Source: an uncultured bacterium (GTDB lineage Bacteria; Babelota; Babeliae; Babelales; Babelaceae). From it: a DNA stretch of 64,000 bases. Below the pieces are notes generated by a model, which did no database searches, was not told where the DNA came from, and saw only the letters and a program-made list of their open reading frames with translations. Position 1 is the stretch's first letter. Each line of letters begins with the position of its first letter. This document shows, one piece after another, positions 59,011-64,000 of the stretch. The stretch spans positions 96,001-160,000 of the forward strand of contig OY970332.1 in the NCBI GenBank assembly GCA_963717435.1, written 5' to 3'. The translations under genes and the position numbers were made by a program.

Positions 59011-61131
59011 ATGACAAATTTTAAAAAACATATATTTTCGATAATTTGGGTAATTCTAGGGGTTTTTACGCCCTTAAATGCCTCAAATATCGCTTTAAAC
59101 CAACAAAAATATGAATTTTTGTGTTCTACCCTGCTCTCAAATGAAACTAAGGACCAAGAGGTTTCTGAGGTTGAAGATAAGAACCTACAACAAGGGAACA
59201 TTTGGAGCAGACTTTCTGAGCTTGTCTTAGGAAAAAGACAAAAAACACCTGATTTGAATATAAAGACATTAAATAACTACGAAAAACTGGATTTAACTCT
59301 AAGTAATATTTCACCCTGCCAAGCCGATTTTGGGGTCGTTGAGGAGCATGTGATGAAAGAACTTAGTTTAACTACAGGTGCAGGTTCAAATAAGCAGGAG
59401 CATTTGGTTAATTCTATAAACAGATGTTCGAGCATATTTGGCTATATTACGCTTGCTCAAGAGATTTCAAACCCTACGGACAATATCGAACTCTTGGAAA
59501 AAAAGCAGGAGCTTTGCAAGCAGTTTTTAAACTCTGACAAGGCCAGAGAAAAAATCACTCAAAATCTTAAAGATATTAAAACGGGCGAAGATTCTTTACT
59601 TAGACTTTATGAAAAAAAGAATATGTTTCACCATAAAGTTAAAGAGTATAGTATCGAGAAATATCTTTCTTCTAACCCTGTTCTTAAACCACTTGGAAAA
59701 GAACTTGATTCTAGCCCAACGGCTCTTACCCACTGGAAACGTGCCGCTATTTTGAACAAGCTGTCCGGAACATTAAACTTCCCATTCGTTGGAAGTGTTG
59801 CAGGTGGTGCATTCTTAATAAAGAACGTTCAGTGGTTACTATCTACGGACATTGCGCAGGGCATAAAACAGGTTAAAGCTCTAACTGAGTATGTTAAAGA
59901 CACACAAATGGTCAAGACTTTAACAACTTTTACAGACACAAAATATCTATACAAAAGCTTTATGGAGTCTGAGACAAGCACAAAAGTTAAGTTGGCGCTT
60001 TTAGCAGCAGTGCTGGCGGTGCCCTATGGGATAATATACAGAGTGCAGCTAGATAACATATTTGGCGGAATAGACTTTGATAATCAGTTGGTTAACAAAG
60101 TAAAAACCGAAATCCAAAATATTTCGATATTAATTAAAGCTTTAATTAATATTAATAGTTTCGCGCAGAATTATAAAAACAAAAAATATTTCGAGCATAT
60201 TAAGGGCCTAGAATACTTAAATAATGTATGCACAAAGCCTGAACTGATTTCAGAAAAATTAAAGCAGCTATTAGAAATAATATTATCTGGAAAAGAGATT
60301 ACCGATGGTGAAGCTCTTGCTTCATATTATCTTCTGGATGACGTCAAGAAAGAGATAATGCCTGCTCTAGAGGTTATAGGTCAAATTGATGTTGCAGTTT
60401 CAACAGCTAGTTTAATAAAAGAGTTTGAAAACAAAAGAGTTAAATTTAGCTTTGTTAAATTTGTTAAATCAGATAGGCCATATTTAATAATCAAAAATGG
60501 CTGGACCCCGTTAGTTAATCCAGAATTTGTTGTTGCGACAGATTTTGAAATTAATGGGCCAAGAGACATAAAAAACATGATGTTAACAGGACCCGGTGGT
60601 TGCGGTAAATCTACAAGTATGAAAGAGCTTTGTAATAATATTATTATGGCTCAAACACTTGGTATTGCCCCTGCTGATAGCATGGAACTTGCGCCTTATA
60701 GCAAAATCTGCACGGCTATTGGTGTCGAAGAAGATTTAAGCAGAAATAAATCTAAGTTTATGGCCCAACAAGAGCGCATGAATAATATAGAAAAGACTAT
60801 CGACGAAACAGACAGGCTTGTGTTTATAGCAGTCGACGAGTGCTATAACGGGACAACTGAGATTCTTGGAGCAAAATTATTATATAATTTCGCATTAAAA
60901 GCGGGTCAGTCAGAACACACCACTTCGATAATTTCAACCCACTTTAGGGTTGGCGCCGAAGTGCCGAACTTCTCTAATTTCCAGGTTGAATTACTTGAAC
61001 CTACACCCGGTAAATTTAAAAGAACATTTAGGCTTCTTGATGGAGTTTGTGAGTGGTGGTTGCATGATGCTGAAAAAGCTGCGCGCTTTGCTCGTTGGCT
61101 CCATGGTATGGAGATGGTCTCGGGCATATAA
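59011..61131 (+). CDS. MutS domain-V ATPase-like protein with signal peptide and TM segments
   Basis: GQIDVAVS, WTPL, LTGPGGCGKST, MAQTLGIAPA, SKFMAQ, VDE..NGT, ISTHF; no mismatch-binding domain evident. Confidence 0.82.
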   Translation: MTNFKKHIFSIIWVILGVFTPLNASNIALNQQKYEFLCSTLLSNETKDQEVSEVEDKNLQQGNIWSRLSELVLGKRQKTPDLNIKTLNNYEKLDLTLSNISPCQADFGVVEEHVMKELSLTTGAGSNKQEHLVNSINRCSSIFGYITLAQEISNPTDNIELLEKKQELCKQFLNSDKAREKITQNLKDIKTGEDSLLRLYEKKNMFHHKVKEYSIEKYLSSNPVLKPLGKELDSSPTALTHWKRAAILNKLSGTLNFPFVGSVAGGAFLIKNVQWLLSTDIAQGIKQVKALTEYVKDTQMVKTLTTFTDTKYLYKSFMESETSTKVKLALLAAVLAVPYGIIYRVQLDNIFGGIDFDNQLVNKVKTEIQNISILIKALININSFAQNYKNKKYFEHIKGLEYLNNVCTKPELISEKLKQLLEIILSGKEITDGEALASYYLLDDVKKEIMPALEVIGQIDVAVSTASLIKEFENKRVKFSFVKFVKSDRPYLIIKNGWTPLVNPEFVVATDFEINGPRDIKNMMLTGPGGCGKSTSMKELCNNIIMAQTLGIAPADSMELAPYSKICTAIGVEEDLSRNKSKFMAQQERMNNIEKTIDETDRLVFIAVDECYNGTTEILGAKLLYNFALKAGQSEHTTSIISTHFRVGAEVPNFSNFQVELLEPTPGKFKRTFRLLDGVCEWWLHDAEKAARFARWLHGMEMVSGI

Positions 61132-61155
61132 GCTATAACTACTTTAATAAATCAT

Positions 61156-61192
61156 AAAATAGTACACCGTAGAACCGTGTACTATTTTTTTT
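61156..61192 (+). terminator. Intrinsic terminator
   Basis: aaaatagtacac/gtgtactatttt followed by a T-run. Confidence 0.65.
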
Positions 61193-61293
61193 ACAAATCT
61201 TGGAATAAATTAATCTTTTAGATTATATTTAAACTATATTAGTATATTTACAGTATATTTCACAACAATCTTTCTAACTTTTTTAATAAAAAT

Positions 61294-62217
61294 ATGGAAA
61301 AAATAATTCTCTTTTATAAATACGTAAAACTAACCTATCCACACCAAGTTATGAAATGGCAAAGACAGCTTTGCTCGCAACTTGGCCTAAAGGGCAGAAT
61401 CGTGCTTGCAACAGAAGGCATTAATGGCACACTGGGCGGATCGGTAGAGGCTTGCGAAATTTATAAGAAAGAGATGGAAGCCAGCGAATTCTTTAAAAAT
61501 ATAGACTTTAAAGAAAGCGAAGGTGGAGCAGACTGCTTTCCAAGACTAGAAATCAAAGTTAAAAAAGAAATTACACATTTGGGTCTGGATACAGAACTTT
61601 ATACAGCAGAAAATGGTGGAATACACTTAACGCCAGAAGAAGCCCATAACTTAATGGCAAATCCTCCAAAAGATTTGATTATTCTTGATGGTAGAAATAA
61701 TTACGAAGCGGCAATTGGCAAATTCGTAAATGCTATAACACCTGATGTTAACCATTTTAGAGAGTTTCCAAATTATATAGATAATAATTTAGAGCAGTTT
61801 AAAGATAAAGAAGTCTTGATGTATTGCACGGGTGGGATACGTTGCGAACGCGCTTCAACTTACCTAAAATCTAAAGGCGTAGCCAAAAACGTTTACCAAA
61901 TTCTTGGTGGAATACACAGATATGCAGAAAAATATCCTGATGGCTTTTTCAGGGGCAAGAACTACGTATTTGATGCACGAGTAACTGTAAGAATTAATGA
62001 CGACATTTTGGGTTCTTGCAAGTTTTGCAATATCCCATTCGATGATTATACTAACTGCGTTAATTCTGTGTGCAATAAGCAGATTATAGTTTGTCCAAAA
62101 TGCTGCCAAGAGAATATTAATACGTGTAGTGCTGCATGCGCAGAACTTGTAAAAAACAAATCTGTAGTTGTTCGTCAAAAGCCTAAAAAGATTAATATAT
62201 CAGCTTGTAGTATATAA
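61294..62217 (+). CDS. trhO: Rhodanese-related tRNA U34 hydroxylase (UPF0176/YceA)
   Basis: LFYKY, GRI..EGINGT, DGRNNYE..GKF, YCTGGIRCE, GGIHRY, YVFDAR. Confidence 0.9.
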   Translation: MEKIILFYKYVKLTYPHQVMKWQRQLCSQLGLKGRIVLATEGINGTLGGSVEACEIYKKEMEASEFFKNIDFKESEGGADCFPRLEIKVKKEITHLGLDTELYTAENGGIHLTPEEAHNLMANPPKDLIILDGRNNYEAAIGKFVNAITPDVNHFREFPNYIDNNLEQFKDKEVLMYCTGGIRCERASTYLKSKGVAKNVYQILGGIHRYAEKYPDGFFRGKNYVFDARVTVRINDDILGSCKFCNIPFDDYTNCVNSVCNKQIIVCPKCCQENINTCSAACAELVKNKSVVVRQKPKKINISACSI

Positions 62218-62236
62218 AATTAAGGGGTTGATTATC

Positions 62237-63418
62237 ATGACCGTTCAAACTGTAACTGAAAATTATAATAATTTAGTTAATTTTGATCATGAGTTGATCC
62301 AAGTTAATATCCCGCTTAAAGACAAAATTTGGTTCAGAACCGGTGGTCCCGCTAAATATTTTTGTGAACCCAAAAACGCACAAGAATTCGGGCGAGCACT
62401 CGATTTTGCAAAATGTAATAATCTTGAGATTTTTGTTCTCGGCCAAGGCGCTAATGTTCTTGTCAGCGATGACGGCTTTGACGGACTTGTTATCAGGCCA
62501 AAAATAAATTTTATAGAGTTACTCGATCCCTCGATACAAAATTCCTGCGGAATTTCACTCGGGACGAGCGGGTCATCTTCAAATAATATAAGCACAGTAG
62601 ATACAAAAAAAACAGAAGAAATAAACAAACAAGAAGATCTCAACAAAGAAAATTTATCCCACCGCTCGTCCCGAGTGTTTTTCGAAAGCGAAGCTGAGAA
62701 AAATGTATCGAGGGATATTGCGGACCAAACACTTGTAAAATCAGGCTCGGGAGTAATCTTTCAAGATTTAATTAATTTCTGCTTAGACAATAACATGGTT
62801 GGCCTAGAAGAATTTAGTGGAATACCCGGCACAGTTGGCGGATCAGTATTTATTAATATTCACTACTTTGAGTTTTTATTGAGTCAGTTTTTAGAATCAG
62901 CAGAAGTAATAAATAAAAATAGCGGCGAAATATTAACTGTCGATAAAAACTGGTTTAATTTCGGGTATAACTATTCACAACTTCATGAAGAAAAATATTA
63001 CTTAATCTCTGCAACTTTTAAATTAAAAAAAGCTACCGAACTTGAAGCTGCTTATTCTCGCGGACGTAGCCATGAGATAGCAAGACAAAGAGCAAAAAAA
63101 TATCCTGTAACAAATACATGCGGCAGCTTTTTTAGAAACTTTCATGATCACGAAGTTACGCTTGTAAGTAATAATAAAAAATTAATTTATGTTGCTTACT
63201 ATTTAGACAAAATAGGAGTTAAGGGGACATTATCTGTTGGTGATGCGATAGTATCTTATCAACATGCTAACATGATAGTTAATAGAGGCGCTGCAACTTC
63301 TAGTGATATTATTAATCTCGTAAAAACCATGCAACAACTTGTTAAAGAAAATTATAATATAACACCACAACCTGAGTGCAGATTAATTGGTTTTAAAGAA
63401 TACCCATTATTAAAGTAA
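62237..63418 (+). CDS. murB: UDP-N-acetylenolpyruvoylglucosamine reductase with in-frame insertion of ~63 aa
   Basis: FRTGGPA, LGQGANVLVSD, GIPGTVGG, GSFFRN, HANMIVNRG, PEC. Confidence 0.93.
   Translation: MTVQTVTENYNNLVNFDHELIQVNIPLKDKIWFRTGGPAKYFCEPKNAQEFGRALDFAKCNNLEIFVLGQGANVLVSDDGFDGLVIRPKINFIELLDPSIQNSCGISLGTSGSSSNNISTVDTKKTEEINKQEDLNKENLSHRSSRVFFESEAEKNVSRDIADQTLVKSGSGVIFQDLINFCLDNNMVGLEEFSGIPGTVGGSVFINIHYFEFLLSQFLESAEVINKNSGEILTVDKNWFNFGYNYSQLHEEKYYLISATFKLKKATELEAAYSRGRSHEIARQRAKKYPVTNTCGSFFRNFHDHEVTLVSNNKKLIYVAYYLDKIGVKGTLSVGDAIVSYQHANMIVNRGAATSSDIINLVKTMQQLVKENYNITPQPECRLIGFKEYPLLK
62527..62715. mobile_element. Inverted pair of type A palindromes (62527-62572 + and 62662-62715 -) forming a 189-bp MITE/REPIN-like unit inside murB
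   Basis: tccctcgataca..cactcgggacgagcgg and ccgctcgtcccgagtg..tgtatcgaggga around an A-rich spacer; mobility is inferred. Confidence 0.75.
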
Positions 63419-63423
63419 TTTTA

Positions 63424-63472
63424 TCACGCGACCCTTCGATACACCCTGCGGGCACTCAGGGCGAGCGCGTGA
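63424..63472 (+). repeat. Palindromic element, type A (intergenic, after murB)
   Basis: tcacgcg a ccct TCGATACA ccc tgc ggg CACTC aggg CGAG cgcgtga. Confidence 0.88.
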
Positions 63473-63518
63473 AAATAAATTATATAAAACTAAGCATTAA
63501 ATTTGAGAGTTTATTTTT

Positions 63519-64000
63519 ATGACACTAATATTTGTTTTATACGCACTTATTGCATCAACTTTTGTTATGGCAAAATATGCACTGTTTTATGCAAAGCCCA
63601 TATTTTTGATAGGGGTCAGGATGGTACTGGCCGGAACAATATTATTGGGCTATTTAAAATTATTTGATAAAAACAATTTTAAAATCGACAAAACTGATAC
63701 TAAAAACTTTCTTCTAGTAGCTTTATATCACATATATTTGTCTTTTATATTAGAGTTTTGGGCGTTGCAATATTTAAGCTCATCAAAAACTAATATTATT
63801 TATTCGATTACGCCGTTTATATCTGCTTTTATAGCTTATTATTTTTATAAAGAAAAACTTAATATATATAAAAAAATTGGAATGCTCTTGGGGATTTTGG
63901 CTATAATCCCAGTTTTAGTGGCGCAGTATAACCCACAAGAATCTGGCTCTATACTTAATTTCTCAACTGCTGAAGTTGCCATGCTTGCGGCAGTTTTTTT
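63519..64000 (+). CDS. EamA/DMT-family transporter, 3' end runs off the window
   Basis: MTLIFVLYALIASTFVMAK..PIFLIGVRMVLAG..ALQYLSSSK..ITPF..KEKL. Confidence 0.85.
   Translation, partial: MTLIFVLYALIASTFVMAKYALFYAKPIFLIGVRMVLAGTILLGYLKLFDKNNFKIDKTDTKNFLLVALYHIYLSFILEFWALQYLSSSKTNIIYSITPFISAFIAYYFYKEKLNIYKKIGMLLGILAIIPVLVAQYNPQESGSILNFSTAEVAMLAAVF

Noticed and set aside
294-62646. Many short ORF-track entries overlapping longer genes (e.g. 294, 2085, 9766, 18939, 41740, 62287)
   Set aside because: Antisense or off-frame shadows of well-supported genes
62527-62715. Intein or self-splicing intron explanation for the murB, recR and comF inserts
   Set aside because: Too short, no intein terminal residues (C/S...HN) and no group I/II intron features
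63408-63485. Duplicated murB stop region (AAG TAA versus AAA TAA) around the 63424 element
   Set aside because: Match too short in AT-rich DNA to count as evidence
1-64000. CRISPR array, tRNA, rRNA, transposase, integrase or reverse transcriptase
   Set aside because: No regularly spaced repeats or recognisable motifs seen by eye; a covariance-model scan could still find small RNAs

Overview
This is an AT-rich bacterial chromosome segment read with the standard bacterial code. I inferred, without a database check, that it comes from an intracellular protist-associated bacterium, most plausibly Ca. Dependentiae/Babeliae (TM6). The basis is an NTT/Tlc nucleotide translocase, ankyrin, RING and WD40-like proteins, broken housekeeping operons and many signal-peptide orphans. 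Housekeeping genes (pgi, rplM, pepP, recR, yidC, murC, cysK-like, holB, tmk, rsmA, mreB, glmU, sbcD, comF, pgpA, lspA, pheT, trhO, murB) alternate with tandem arrays of secreted paralogs. I saw no rRNA, tRNA, CRISPR array, transposase or integrase. The strongest unexplained signal is a dispersed family of short GC-rich palindromic elements built from nested modules, with compensatory stem changes between copies. They sit in frame inside recR, comF and murB, where an inverted pair spans 189 bp. At three intergenic sites they abut a second, synonymously diverged copy of the neighbouring gene's end or start (S9 peptidase, pfpI, murC). This suggests a non-autonomous mobile or recombinogenic element that rewrites gene termini and adds peptide loops. 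Other signals are a recurrent signal peptide + Met-Glu/Asp mature N-terminus, a WxKxNPK-transmembrane family, a constant-end/variable-core tandem triplet, a doubly frameshifted NlpC/P60 gene and an unannotated 47-aa secreted peptide.
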